Notes: generated by a model from the sequence alone, not told the origin. Positions 14,801 through 27,289 are shown, numbered from the stretch's first letter. The stretch: DNA of 64,000 nt from Tubulanus polymorphus (GCF_964204645.1 NC_134027.1:14540485-14604484); one strand, 5' to 3'. Numbers and translations are program-made.

Positions 14801-15347
14801 TGTAATACACGGATACTCCCGGCCCCTCGATTCCAGCAACTTTATATAAGGGTAATACACGGACACACCCAGCCCCTCGATCCCAGCCACTTTATATAAG
14901 GGTAATGCACGGACACTCCCGGCCCCTCGATCCCAGCCACTTTATATAAGGGTAATACACGGACACTCCCGGCCCCTCGATCCAAGCCACTTTATATAAG
15001 GGTAGTCGGCGGGTAATCCACGCATATACCCAGCCCCTCGATCCTAGCCACTTTATACAAGTGTAATACACGCTAACACACACGTCCCAAAATCATAACG
15101 TTGAAAAAACAACAATATTACCTCAAAGATGCTTCCAGTTCCGATAGAGCGATTGCAGCCACAGTCATTACACAACCAAATAAATCCATCAGTAATTGAT
15201 GTTCTTGATACTAATGACATCGGTTTAATGCACACATCACATTTATTTGCTGAATATAGCACTTCATGATCTAGCAAAAAATCAATTGCTTTTTTACAAT
15301 CATGAAAAAGTGGAGACATTTCCAGGACATGCTTCGAAAGTCGCCAT
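11897..15347 (-). pseudogene. Merlin/IS1595-family DDE transposase, two exons (~15347-15122 and 12559-11897)
   Basis: Exon 1 zinc ribbon CDVC...WLCNDC..RSI.TGSIFE splices (phase 0, intron 15121-12560) to GSKLSL; core EIDESLFG.RKYNKG, WVFGIFER, IYSDGWSAY, VNHSKEF, TNGIEGMW; one in-frame TAG near 12500. Confidence 0.88.
12606..15072. repeat. 50-bp minisatellite, ~49 units (tttatataagggtaatacacggacactcccggcccctcgatcccagccac)
   Basis: Exact 50-bp period from 12641 to 15000 with substitutions only. Confidence 0.97.
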
Positions 15348-16171
15348 TCTTATTTTACCAATTTCGGTTGAAACTGTAAGGATTGTTAACAATACTACTT
15401 TGGTTTCTATCGTATCAATTTATAGAACGAACAAACGAATGAACAATCGGCTAAACTCGTCCGATAAAAAGGAAAATTTCTATAACATTGAAAAAATATT
15501 CATTAATTGGCTGGCTTATATATAATGGAATGCAAATTCAACAAAAGCCACCACGTGCGCATTTATTTGATAAATTTCGTCTCTCTATTCCAGTAAGTCT
15601 GCAGGAGCTGAGCAGGAAAAACCTGGGTCATTTGAAAACACTAAAACAAGCAGGAGCTGGAAGATCAACACTTTTTTTCTTCAAGAAATTGCCAAACGCA
15701 CTTTTCGAAAAAGACAGTCTGTTGAAATGCACAGACACAACTTTAGACGTATATCGGGCAAAGTTTAATGATACGAGTAGTATGTCCGAGGCCATGAAAA
15801 CCACTTGTCGAATTCATCATCCAGAAATAGAGGCGTTTGAAGAAATGTTAACGCAGGTCGAGGACACGGATGAGTCGGATGAATCTTGAACCTGATCAAG
15901 TAACCGTAATTGCATACCTAAAATATTTGTCGATTATCCAATGATTTGATAACTTATTATGGGTGGACTCTCGTCGTCGATATTATGGCCGGTCGATATT
16001 ATTTATGATCGTTTCAATTCATAGACTTATAATAAAAGCATTTATACAATGAAATAACTGGAAAACCTTTTACAGGTGTGAAACCCAAAGATACATAATT
16101 CGCCGAAAATTCAGTATGTTATTGCTATTAATAATAAGTTGTAATAATATTATTTTTTTGTTGAATGCCAA

Positions 16172-16260
16172 TGTCAGTTTGTCGGTTCGTCGGTATGTCG
16201 GTTTGTCGGTTTGTCGGTTTGTCGGTACGTCCGTATGGCGTAATGTCGTAACATTCAACC
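16172..16260. repeat. 8-bp tandem repeat (gtcggttt) ending ...cgtaacattcaacc; probable DNA-transposon terminus
   Basis: About 8 degenerate units; GG end on the minus strand; no partner end seen. Confidence 0.5.
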
Positions 16261-16586
16261 AGTCCGATATTGGCGGATTAATTTCAAATACAAATCCGAT
16301 GTGATTAGTCTCTGCTGGAACTATTTAATGCTATAATGGACTTGAGCCATTGTTGCTATGGATCACGAAACAATGATGTCTGTTTTGCAGGCAAAAGGTT
16401 GAAAGCCTGTTTTGGTCGATGGCTAGTGACGTCATCAACATCGCCTTTTTTGTTACTCCCACAGCTAAACAACTCGCTTCTAACGGTTAACTGCTGATTT
16501 TGAATTTGCTGTCAAGTGTATTTTTTGCTGGCTGTTGATTAAAAGATTGTGAATCATGTTTTCCGAACTAGTTAAGCTTGTCTCCG

Positions 16587-18475
16587 TGTAGCGGCAATTC
16601 GTTTCACTTCGTTTTGTTCTTTTTATTTTCCAGCTGCAGAGTCCTCCCCAGTTCTTCTTCGAGAGCAGTGTGTCTAAAATTCATATTAAATTCATATTAA
16701 ATGTTCGTATGATGTAAAATAAAACCATATCACGTATTTGTAATTCTGAGACAAGAATGTTAAATGCTATGGACTAAGGTCTGGCGGATTAGAAACTATT
16801 TTATTTCTATCTTAATGAAATATTGTATGGTTTAGAAAAACTGTACCTGAAGACCTCTTCTATGTGTTCGGGTCACCTCAGAGTTGTATTTTTCGAATTT
16901 ATGTGCTTTAGTCGATATTTCCGGGCTCTAATCGATATGTTTCCGTGATTTAATCAATGTTTCTGCGCTGTGCTCGGTGCTTGAGGTGGCGCCACTATAC
17001 GGTACTTAATTATATTGTGTGCTCGGGGTGCTTTGTTTTAGCCAATTAGATTTGTTTTACGTCATAATTCGTGCCTTATAAAAAGGCACATAGGTATTTA
17101 ATTAAAGAGTCTCGGTGCATCTTCTTAGGTGTGTATTACTAAGATTTCGAACTATGGGGGGAGGGATTAATCTGATATTCTTAGTAAGTCATACTTAGCA
17201 CTGATTCTCTTTAGCTGAATATTTATTGGTCCTTATTCTCAAAGTTGTGTTTCTGCCAAGATGTCTTCGGAAAATAATCTTTCAGGGTTCGTAAGGAGGT
17301 TTTCTCCTTCGAATTATTCCTGAAAGTATTCTTTTTTTCCGATTTCTTTTCTTGGTTTTTCCCTCAACTTTTGAGTTTTGGTATAATGACCAACTCTTAC
17401 ATAAATATAAAAAAATACTTTACTGGAACCGGGGAGGTATTGTGGAAATTTCTATCTTTGCTAGGAGCACTAGTTTCATTTCTTGTCATAAAAGGAGCAC
17501 AGGTTTAAATCAAATATCCTTGAGTCTTACCTTTAGACTCCTGAAGACTTTATTCTCCCTTTAGAATGTTGTAAATAAGAGATAACCTCGAGGTTTTGTA
17601 TATATTGTTTATTGTTTGAATATTTCCAAGAGATAATAAATGGTATTCAAGAGAATATTGTCATATACGTTAAATTCTAAATCTTTGCCTTTTTCCCTAA
17701 ACTATATTTGTGGTGTCGGGTTACTGTCATTTGAGTAAAGGATTTTTAGCGTGTGCATTTTTTGGATTCTGTGACATCATAAAATATTCTTGGAGAATCT
17801 TGTGTGTTGAAGTGTTTTTGGGCATCATGTAAGTCTTCAAAAAAGGGAAGTATTGAGGGCACCCTCTAGTGGGAGAGGCCAAGTATTGGTGAATGCTCCT
17901 CGTTTTATTCAGTTGGTATCTATTATTCTTTTTTTGAAGCTAGACGCCTGATCAGGTCGGCTGTGGAGGCCGGAAATACTTGAAGCGCTGGACGCACTCC
18001 TGTATTTCCTCTTCAGTCGGAGAGAAAGCTAGGGGATTTTTATTTTATTTGAATTATTCATGATTCTCCTATTAATTCATTTGGTCACAGTTTTTCCTGC
18101 ATGCACACGCTTTTTCATGGGTGATTTGTGAGGACATTCACTCACCCGTGTTACCATTATGACTTATCACTGAGAATTAGGACTCCTTAAATTATTCTCA
18201 CTCACCAGAGCCTTGACCTATATTTTTATGCTAAATCTCATGGAGGGAAATCAGAGTATTTTCCCTTCTAGCTTCTCTACCTCCCAGATGCTAGTGACGT
18301 GAGCGAACCCTAGAAGCGACGCCTATATGCGAGTAACCTGTATTCCCTCTTGGTCGAGGAAATTCCGAGAGTTGAGACCGGAGACTTGACATTATGAATT
18401 TTTACGGAAACGGAAGTAGAATTCCTGTAGTCACTTGCCAGAGCACGCTACCCCGAATCCCGGTATTCCGCTTCA
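16587..18475 (+). repeat. Gypsy-1 5' LTR (~1.89 kb)
   Basis: Direct repeat of 43033-44943; TG...CA termini. Confidence 0.95.
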
Positions 18476-18477
18476 AA

Positions 18478-18495
18478 TGGTGGCGAGGTGGGATT
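18478..18495 (+). promoter_or_regulatory. Primer binding site (tRNA-Leu-like)
   Basis: tggtggcgaggtgggatt two bases after the LTR; resembles the complement of tRNA-Leu 3' ends (TGGTGGCAGCGGTGGGATT). Confidence 0.7.
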
Positions 18496-18745
18496 TTCTT
18501 TGATAAAAGCACATATTATTTTTTTTTATCTATGCGTTTTAGAGGTTTAGCCTTCCTTGGTGAGTGAGTCCCTGTAGAGTAATATAATCCGACACCCTCT
18601 TTTTCTCTTATCTCTGAGTTACATTGAACTATATAGGTTAGGTTTAGGAAGTGTTATTAGGTAGAAACCTGAGCAGAGTTCGTTTATCGTTTTTCCATGA
18701 TAAAACTTTCTTTCATTCTTTTCTTAGCTTGTTATTGTCTTTCGA

Positions 18746-19560
18746 GTGAATAAGAGACTGTCTAGGGGTGACGGACCTCGTGTTAATTCCTCGGCGATGG
18801 ATGTAGTATATCCAAATGTTTTCTCCGAGGCCTACAATTATAAAATAAAACCTGAAAGTTATAATGGTGATACTAGTTGGTCTGATCACCGATTAAGTTT
18901 TGAAACCGTCTCTCGTATTAACTCGTGGCCTGATCATGCAAAAGCCGATTATCTTTTTGCTTCGCTTCGGGGTGCAGCTAGACAGTTGGTCTGTGCAAAA
19001 CTTTCCTCAGCTGAAGCACTTAATTACTTTGAGATGTGCAAAGTTCTCGAATCAAGGTTCGGCAAAGGTGCCCATTCTCAGACCTATTTGGCTGAGCTCA
19101 AGAATCGCCGCCGTAGAAGACATGAATCCTTGCGAGAGTTGGGTCAATCTATTCTTGTTTCATGTGCAATTGCGTACCCAGATTTTCCGGAGGACCATCA
19201 CGAACCGATGGCGCGTATGCATTTTATTGAAGCTTTAGAAGATAAGGAAATGAGATTAAAACCGTGGCAAACCAACTACCAAAGCTTGGATGAGCTTATT
19301 AGTTTCGCTCTACGAATAGAGGATATTCAGCTCATGGAAATGAGCGGGAGGATAGATCCAATAATCCTGTTTACCAGGTTCGCTCTTCCGAGGCTGCTAG
19401 GAATGATGAGATTGCGCGCATGCGCCAGGACTTCGAGAGGCTTAACGCTAATATCAGTAAAGTCGTGTCGCAACAAAATGACTATCCTGAGTATAGGTTC
19501 AAGCAGTGTTATCGATGCTTAAGATATGGCCATTTAGCGCGCCATTGTAGGAACCCCCTT
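18746..19560 (+). pseudogene. gag: Gypsy-1 gag (frameshift before the CCHC knuckle)
   Basis: KPESYNG..W, LRGAA, LESRFG, ESLREL, HFIEAL; CYRCLRYGHLARHC in another frame at ~19507-19548. Confidence 0.85.
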
Positions 19561-19633
19561 CTTCTCATCCTCATAGAGAGAGTTTAAACGAGAAGCGGCT
19601 GGTCCAACAGGGGAAAGATTAGCTGACCTGGGT

Positions 19634-20640
19634 ATGTCCCCTTTGAAAGTAATTCCTTCGGTTAAATCAGATATCAACTTACCTAGTTCTATGTATATTC
19701 CTGCCTCGCTTTGGGGAGTTCAGGTCAAATATCTTGTAGATAATGGAGCTCACATAACTATTCTTAGCCGTCATGTCTATTCTAAACTTAATGAAAAAAT
19801 TAAACTATGTAATTCTAGTGTAAATTTAAGAGCGGCTGATAATCTTCCGATCGATGTTTTGGGATCCGCCGTCATACCTATAGGTTTATTCGACTCCAGT
19901 ATCACTTGGGAAGTCGTTGTTGCGGACATCAAAGATGACGCCATTCTCGGAATGGATTTCTTGTCAGAATATGACTGTCATCTTCACCCTAGACACCAGA
20001 CAACCACGTGCAAGGGTCATCAGATCAGTGTTGAAAATTCTCCTTCCAATCCTGTGTTAGTAAGAAGCAAAAATAAAATCAAGGTACCTCCTTTAACTGA
20101 GGTGACCATTCCTTGTTATATCAAGGGTTCTCATTCATTGGCCAAATGGGCTATTGTTGAATCTAATCATAATTGGAAATTAGGTATTGATCTTTGTGTA
20201 GCTCAAAGCGTAATTGACACGGACTGTGAAGCGATCCCCGTCAGGGTGGTCAATTTAAGTGATTCTTCACGCATTATCTATCAAAATTCCCCTCTTGCTA
20301 CTCTCTCAGGAGTAAGAGCTGTTTGGTCGGAAGAACATACAGTGTCCAAGGTGGAAAGCTGCACTAACACTGGCGATTCCAGTGTTGATAATTTGCGTGG
20401 AGCCTGACCACCTTAAAGATTTGATAAATCGTAGCTGTGAGGGATTAGACCCTGGTCAGTCAAAACAAATGAAGAGACTTATTTTGAAGTACTCTGATGT
20501 ATTCGCTTAATCTAGCACACTATTGACACGGGACATCTTCCGCCTATCAAACAGAAAGTTCGGCGGGTCCCTCAGGCTAAACAACCTGAATTAAATTAGT
20601 TACTAGGAAAGATGCAACAATCTAACGTGATTGAAGAGTA
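19634..20640 (+). pseudogene. pol: Gypsy-1 pol 5' part: aspartic protease, spacer domain and truncated start of RT
   Basis: YLVDNGAHITIL and ILGMDFL; downstream KYSDVF, HTIDTG..PPIKQ..RRVP; sequence breaks off at ~20640. Confidence 0.85.
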
Positions 20641-22551
20641 ATTCAGGCTGGTGATAGCAAATTAATCATTGGAATTAGTTTTAGTTTGGTTGCAGTGTTT
20701 GAGATGATGAGTCATGTGATGAGTCACACTTTTTAATTACAGTACGGGGGCAAAGACTGCGCATAGCTGTCCCATAAATAATTCTTAATGGGCGTCATTT
20801 CACAAAGAGCACACATGCGAAAACTTTTAGTTAGTAAGTTTGGATCTGGTTGGCAACAAGATAACTCGGCTGTAAATTTTAGATCCCGAAGATCGTCGTC
20901 GAGCTTGTTTTATTTTGGACTTTGAAATAAGGCGGCGAGCATTTGGTGGAGAACCCGGGCAAAAACAAATTTGTAGAAACGAAAGAAATTTTAAAACGAA
21001 AGCAGAAACAAAAAAAAAACAAGCAATTAAGTCAACTTAATTGGACAAAGATGAATGTACTAGTATTTTCAATGGAAACGGAGAAGGGCCAGGCGAGCAA
21101 AGATCAAAACCAGCCAATCGATTTTGGGCCGAGACTACTGATGCAAATTCAGTCTCAAATTTCTGCGTTAGAGACATCGCCTGATAATTTAACATTTAGG
21201 CCCGATACCACCTATTCAGGTGATGCAGATGAGGATATCAATAGATTTATTCGAGATTTTGAAGAGCGGGTAGAACTTGGGGGTTGGAAAAAGTCAAAAG
21301 CTCTAGCCGCTTTCCCTATGTTTTTAAAAGGGAGAGCGAAGGATTATTATTATTATCTAAAAGGTAATCCAAAACGTGATGCAGAAGGGAAGGATGTTGA
21401 GTACACTTTTGATGAGGTTTTGGAAGAATTCAAAAGAAAGTTCAATAGTAAAGACATGCAGTGGGTAGCTTTACAGCAATTTTATAGTTTAAAGATGATT
21501 GAGGGTGAATCAGTTGATTGTTACATATCTCGGTTAGTTGAACTGGCAGGGAAATTAGGTAAGGCGGGAAATGATTTATCACAGCCTTTTATTCATGGCC
21601 TGCTGCCAAACACAAAGGCATTTGTGTTAGGAAAATGTCCGAATTCTTTCGACCAGGCGATTAATTATGCACTTATGTACCTTGAACTAGCGCCATCCCA
21701 GGCTCAAATTAGAGCCATAGATTTGGGCTATTCGAGGCAGGTAGCTTTGGAACAAGAGGTGAAAGGGTTGAATGAGAAACTTTCTCAACTTTTATCACTA
21801 CAACGAAATGACCAATTACATGAAAGACAAAGGGCTGTACGGCTTTCTGATGGCCGTCCATATTGTGAAAATTGTCGTACCGCTGGACATACAACGGCGA
21901 GATGTCGGCAAAACCCATCAATAATTTGTCACAATTCTGGCAGACGAGGCCATATAGCCAGACAATGTCGATCTACTCGACAAAACTATGGGTCACAGCC
22001 TCGATACTCGCCAGCCTATCGTCCACCGCCACGACAATTCACAGATAGAACACGCCAATTTGAAGAGGTTATAATCCTTATCGTGCTAAATTTAAATTTG
22101 AATCGAACTATAGTCCCCCATGCCAGTTTCAACCGAGGGAGTTAAGAACTAGCTATCCATCTAGAGATAGGCCCACTCAGATTAACCATGTTGATAGGGA
22201 TGATGTTTCGGGAAACTTGCTTGGGCCTATGATTATGAGGTAAATCATGGGCCGCAGGCCAACAGTCAGAAAATGGGCATTATAAAAATGAAAACGATTT
22301 TTATGAAGTTAATTATCAACGTCCATTTAACCAGGAACAAATTATTCATCGAAATTTTGACTATGAACCTTATTTTGAGTATGATTATGCAAGCTATGAA
22401 CAAGATATGAAAAATGATTTATCTCGAACGACTCTCTTCATTTTATGAACCTATGTTTATGAAGAATGAGGACAGTAGCACTGCCATGAACCGCGAACAA
22501 ACTGGGAATGATTTCAGTGAAATCCCTTGAAACCTTTATAGTAGAGGTGTG
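20641..22551 (+). mobile_element. Second Gypsy element fragment (Gypsy-2): LTR remnant, PBS and gag; continues at 40604-40835
   Basis: ...CA at 20941 then tggtggagaacccgggca (tRNA-Ala-like PBS, 20944-20961), then gag; no 3' LTR seen. Confidence 0.75.
21051..22145 (+). CDS. gag: Gypsy-2 Gag with two zinc knuckles
   Basis: PDTTYSGDADED..FI.DFE, LKGRAKDYY, ESVDCY, FIHGLLP; CENCRTAGHTTARC and degenerate CHNSGRRGHIARQC. Confidence 0.85.
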   Translation: MNVLVFSMETEKGQASKDQNQPIDFGPRLLMQIQSQISALETSPDNLTFRPDTTYSGDADEDINRFIRDFEERVELGGWKKSKALAAFPMFLKGRAKDYYYYLKGNPKRDAEGKDVEYTFDEVLEEFKRKFNSKDMQWVALQQFYSLKMIEGESVDCYISRLVELAGKLGKAGNDLSQPFIHGLLPNTKAFVLGKCPNSFDQAINYALMYLELAPSQAQIRAIDLGYSRQVALEQEVKGLNEKLSQLLSLQRNDQLHERQRAVRLSDGRPYCENCRTAGHTTARCRQNPSIICHNSGRRGHIARQCRSTRQNYGSQPRYSPAYRPPPRQFTDRTRQFEEVIILIVLNLNLNRTIVPHASFNRGS

Positions 22552-23119
22552 AGTAATAGGGGTAATGGGCTTTCAAGCCAAAGGTCGAACGGTCGAGCTC
22601 ATTAAAAAACAAAACATTAAAAGTAATTTAAAACTATAATATATTTTCATAACCGTGTGCATTTTATATTATAACTAAATATTTATTCTAAGATATCAAT
22701 AATTTAAATTTAAAAAGCATATTGTATTAAATCAATTGGTCGCTCCACTTCGCTACCGCTCCGCTCCGCGACCAATTGATTTATTTACAATACACAAATT
22801 CATATAATCAAATATATTTTAATAATAATAATTATTCTATTATTCAACTGAAATACACACGGTTATGAAAATATATTATAGTTTTAAATTAATTTTAATA
22901 TTTGTTTTTAATGAACTCGACCATTCAACCTTTAACCTGAAAGCCCATTACCCCTATTACTCTTAAAATAATCATATACATGAATAACATTTAAATTGAC
23001 AGATTATTCAATATAAAAGTATATATTTACAACATTATTTCAATATTCATATTTGTATGAGTTAGATTTTTAAACATTATAAGTGTTAGTAAAGTGTGAT
23101 TGAAATAATACATGATATA
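22552..23119 (+). repeat. Polinton left TIR (568 bp) with terminal palindrome 22552-22961
   Basis: Reverse complement of 40048-40603. Confidence 0.95.
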
Positions 23120-23167
23120 AATCATTGAACTTCTAAAATCAATTTTAATAAAAAATTTAGTATTAAA

Positions 23168-26100
23168 ATGGAAGCAAATAAGTACTACTGTCCAACATGT
23201 AATATCAATATAGATAAATCCCAAAAAGCAAGACACAATAAAACTAAAACACGTTTAGAGAATAAATTAAAATTAGAATATAAAGATGATATATTAGAAT
23301 CTAAATTAGATGAATTAAAGAATGATAAAGAAACATACAAATGTGATACATGTAATCAATCATTCAGTCATAAAAGATATTATAATGAACATTTAAAATC
23401 TAAAAGTCATATTAGAAATAAGAATAATGATATTTTAGGTGAAGATTATTTTGATAAAGATAATGATAAGAAACAGAAGACAATTAAAAGCATAAAAAAT
23501 AAATTAAACAATAAAACACCATACATGGAAGATGCAAGAAAATATATTAATTCATTAGATAATAAAAAAAGATATAGAGATAACCGAAGCATTTAAAAGT
23601 GATATTGGTCCAGCAGCTATCGAGTTTAAATTTCATAAAGGAAAAACATTAGAAGAAAATAAAAAACATTTAGAAAATATGAAAGAAATTATAAAAATAA
23701 TAACTGATGTTGAATATCCTAAAATAAGAGCTGTACCGGTATTTTAACTTCCCCGGCCATACATTGGAAGAGGTTTACAAGTGTATATTTTCTAAAGTTA
23801 AATTCATAAAATCTGAAGATAAACCAATATATAATATAAATTCTCATTCACAACATATTATACATAAACAACATATAGATGATAAATTAGATAAATGTTA
23901 TAATGAAGTAAAAACTAAAATAGAAGAGAAATATTTTGAAGGATCTGGTTTAATATTTGATGAAATAATATTTATGACTTTACATGTTTATAACACAAAA
24001 TATAATAAGTTAACTAAATCAAAACCAATTGATGAAAATAATGTATCATATTATAAAGAGCGAGATATTGAAGCATTGAGTTATATTAAACTACCATTTA
24101 AAACTAATGCTGTAATAAATGTACAAAATGACGATTATAAATGTTTTCTATGGGCTATAATAAGTTGTTTACACCCAGTTGAAGATTATAAACAACATAG
24201 TTTTAGATTAACTCATTATAAACCATTTGAAAATAATTATAAGATAGATAAGTATCCTGTTATAATTAAAAACATCCCAAAAATAGAAAGAGATAATAAT
24301 ATAAAGATAAATGCATTTGATTTAATCAAATTACCAAATACAAAAGGTAACAGTATAAAACATTATACATTAGAACCTTTATATCTATCAAAAGATTATG
24401 ATTCAAACGATGTTATAGATATACTATATTATGAGAATCATTATATGTGGATTAAACAAATCGATTTATTTTTTAAATCAGAAAGTGATCACCATAAAAT
24501 ATATCTTTGTAGAAAATGTTTACATAGATTCAGTAATGAAAGTACATTATTAAATCATAAACAATTATGTGAAAATCATGATTATTGTAAACTAGTTTTA
24601 CCAAATGAAAAAGATAAAATATTAGAATTAAAAAAATATGATTACAAAAATAAAGTACCATTTGTTATATATGGAGATTTTGAATCATTAAATAAAGAAT
24701 TAACTGATCAAGATAGAAAAGAAATATATTATAAAAGAAAGAAATTAAATTCTAATGAAAATGATTTTTCAGATGAACCACCAAAAACAAATACTATTAA
24801 AAAGATTCATCAATCAGCTGCAGCTTTCGGGTTATATATTAAATCTGATTATCCAGAACTAATTGAAAGTGAATATTATGATTATAGAAATGAAAATGTT
24901 ATCAATCATTTTCGTGACTTATTAATTGAATATGAAATAAGATTTAGTAAATTATTGAATACAAATATAGAAATTATAATGACATAATGAAGAAGATAAA
25001 GAAGAATTTGCGTTTGCAGATAAATGTTATTATTGTGAAAAGAAATTTAATTTTAAAGATAAAAAAGTAAGAGACCATTATCATTTGAACGGAAAGTTTA
25101 GAGGCGCTGCACATGAGAATTGTAACTTACAAGCTAAGAAAATTAATTTTGTACCAGTTATATTTCATAATCTATCAGGATATGATGCACATTTATTCAT
25201 CAAACAGTTATGCCATAAAATAGAAGAAATTAATAATGAAATAGAAAGATTAAATTCAAATAGATCAAAAGATAAAATACCAACTTATAAATTTAGAATG
25301 TTAGCTAAAACATCTGAGAATTATATATCATTCCAATTTGGTTGCCTAAGATTTATAGATTCATATAGATTTTTAAATAGTTCATTAGATAACTTATAAA
25401 AATCATTAGTTGATGATGAATTAAAAATATTAAAACAACACTATCCAAATAGTGGTGATTTTCAATTAATGAGATATAAAGGAGCAATTCCATATTCATT
25501 TTATAAATCACATAATGATTTCAATATAACTGAATTATTAAAAGAACAATTTTATGATGAATTAAAAAATGAATATGTTAAAGATGATTGAATATTTGGA
25601 ATCATTTCAAAATAGAAAATCATGGGCAATTAGTAGATTTATATTTAAAATCAGATGTATTATTATTAACCGATATATTCGAAAGGTTTAGAGATGTAAA
25701 CCTAAAATATTTCAATATTGATCCATGTCATTGTTATTCATCACCAGGTTTAACATGGGATTGTGGATTAAAATTTACGGATATAAAAATGGATTTGTTA
25801 ACAAATATAGATCAATTATTATTATTTGAAAAATCTATAAGAGGAGGAGTTTCAGGTGTATTAGGTGATAGATATTTCAATGTAAATGATAACCCTGGAT
25901 ATAAGTTATTATATATAGATGCAAATAATTTGTATGGTTGGGCAATGATGGAACCACAACCTTATGGAGTATTTGAAATAAGTGAAGTTTTACAGAATGA
26001 AAATAATGATAAATTTGATTGGAAGAAAAGAATTCTAGATATTGCAGATGATTCAGATACTGGTTACTTCTTTGTTGGAGATTGATAATATCCTGAACAT

Positions 26101-27260
26101 ATTAAATTTAAATCTAGAAATCTAGCATACTGTCCCGAACATAAAACCGTTACTCATGAAGAATTATCAAATTATCAAAAAAGAATTAAACCCGAAAATC
26201 TTATTCATACAGAAAAGTTAATGGTAACTCGAGAAGATAAATATAATTAGTAGTACATTACAGAATGTTAAAGTTTTATCTAAAACAAGGAATGATTCTA
26301 AAAAAAGTACATAGATATATTTCATTCAGTCAATCTAAGTGGTTAGAAAAATATATAGATTTTAACACCAAACAGAGAACTGAAGCTAAAACTGATTTCG
26401 AGAAAGATTTCTTCAGGTTAATGAATAATGCATTCTATGGTAAGACTTGTGAAAATATTAGAAATAGAAATGATATTGAGTTAGTTAGTAATGGTAAAAG
26501 AATTAGACATTTACAATCATATCCTAAGTTCATTGGTAACAGAATATTTGATGAAAATTTAGCTGCAGTTAAGATGAGAAGAACATCAATGAAATTTAAT
26601 AAACCAATCTATGTTGGCGCTTCAGTTTTAGAATTATCAAAATTACTAATGTATGAATTCTATTATAATGTATTACAACCACTTTTTGGAGAAAAACATA
26701 TAGAAATATTATATTTTGATACTGACAGTTACATATTAAAGATAAAAACTGATAACATAACTGATGATTTAAAAACATTAAAACATCATTTTGATTTCAG
26801 TAAATATCCTAAAGATCATGAATTGTTTAGCAATGATAATAAAAAAGTTCCCGGTAAATTCAAAGATGAATTAGGCGGTGAAGAAATGATTGAATTCATT
26901 GGTATTAGATCTAAAATGTATTCATATGAAACTAAAGAACATGAATCTAAAAAGTTAAAAGGAATAACCAAAAATGTAGTAGAAAAGAATATCAAAGAAA
27001 AGAATTTCAAAGATTACATCAATTGTATATTCAATGAAGAAGTTAGAAAACATAAGATGAGATGTTTAAGATCTGAAGATCATGAAATGTTCATTGAAGA
27101 AATTGAAAAGATAAGTCTAAACCCATTTGATGATAAAAGATATATTCTGGATGATGGAATTCATACAGTTGTTTATGGTTGCAATTTAGATGAATACTTA
27201 AAATTTAAAAGAGAAGAAACAAAAGAGAACGAGATAATGAAAAGAATTCTAACGTGTTAA
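23168..27260 (+). pseudogene. polB: Protein-primed family B DNA polymerase with N-terminal C2H2 zinc fingers, broken into at least 5 ORFs
   Basis: ExoI VIYGDFES, ExoII FHNLSGYDAH, ExoIII YLKSDVLLL, motif A YIDANNLYGWAM, motif B LMNNAFYGKT, motif C YFDTDS, C-terminal FDDKRYIL.DGI.T; RDH.H..GKFRGAAH..CNL insert. Confidence 0.95.
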
Positions 27261-27289
27261 TCAAATTTTAATAAAAATATGTATTATAA

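Larger units (their letters stand above)
10220..15889 (+). pseudogene. Intron-containing DUF3987-like P-loop NTPase/helicase-like gene; exons ~10220-11145, 11373-11587, 11699-11873, 15594-15889; one frameshift near 10750
   Basis: Walker A ECGGGKS, Walker B ISEDEG, then FIQP and DRFLF motifs; three GT-AG introns (11146-11372, 11588-11698, 11874-15593) all join the ORFs in frame; family name recalled, not searched. Confidence 0.7.

Noticed and set aside
12606-15072. CRISPR-like array
   Set aside because: Units are contiguous 50-bp repeats with no unique spacers, no cas genes, and lie in a eukaryotic intron
19730-19760. Protease active site DNG as a novel catalytic variant
   Set aside because: A single substitution from D(T/S)G in an element with many other lesions; decay is the simpler explanation
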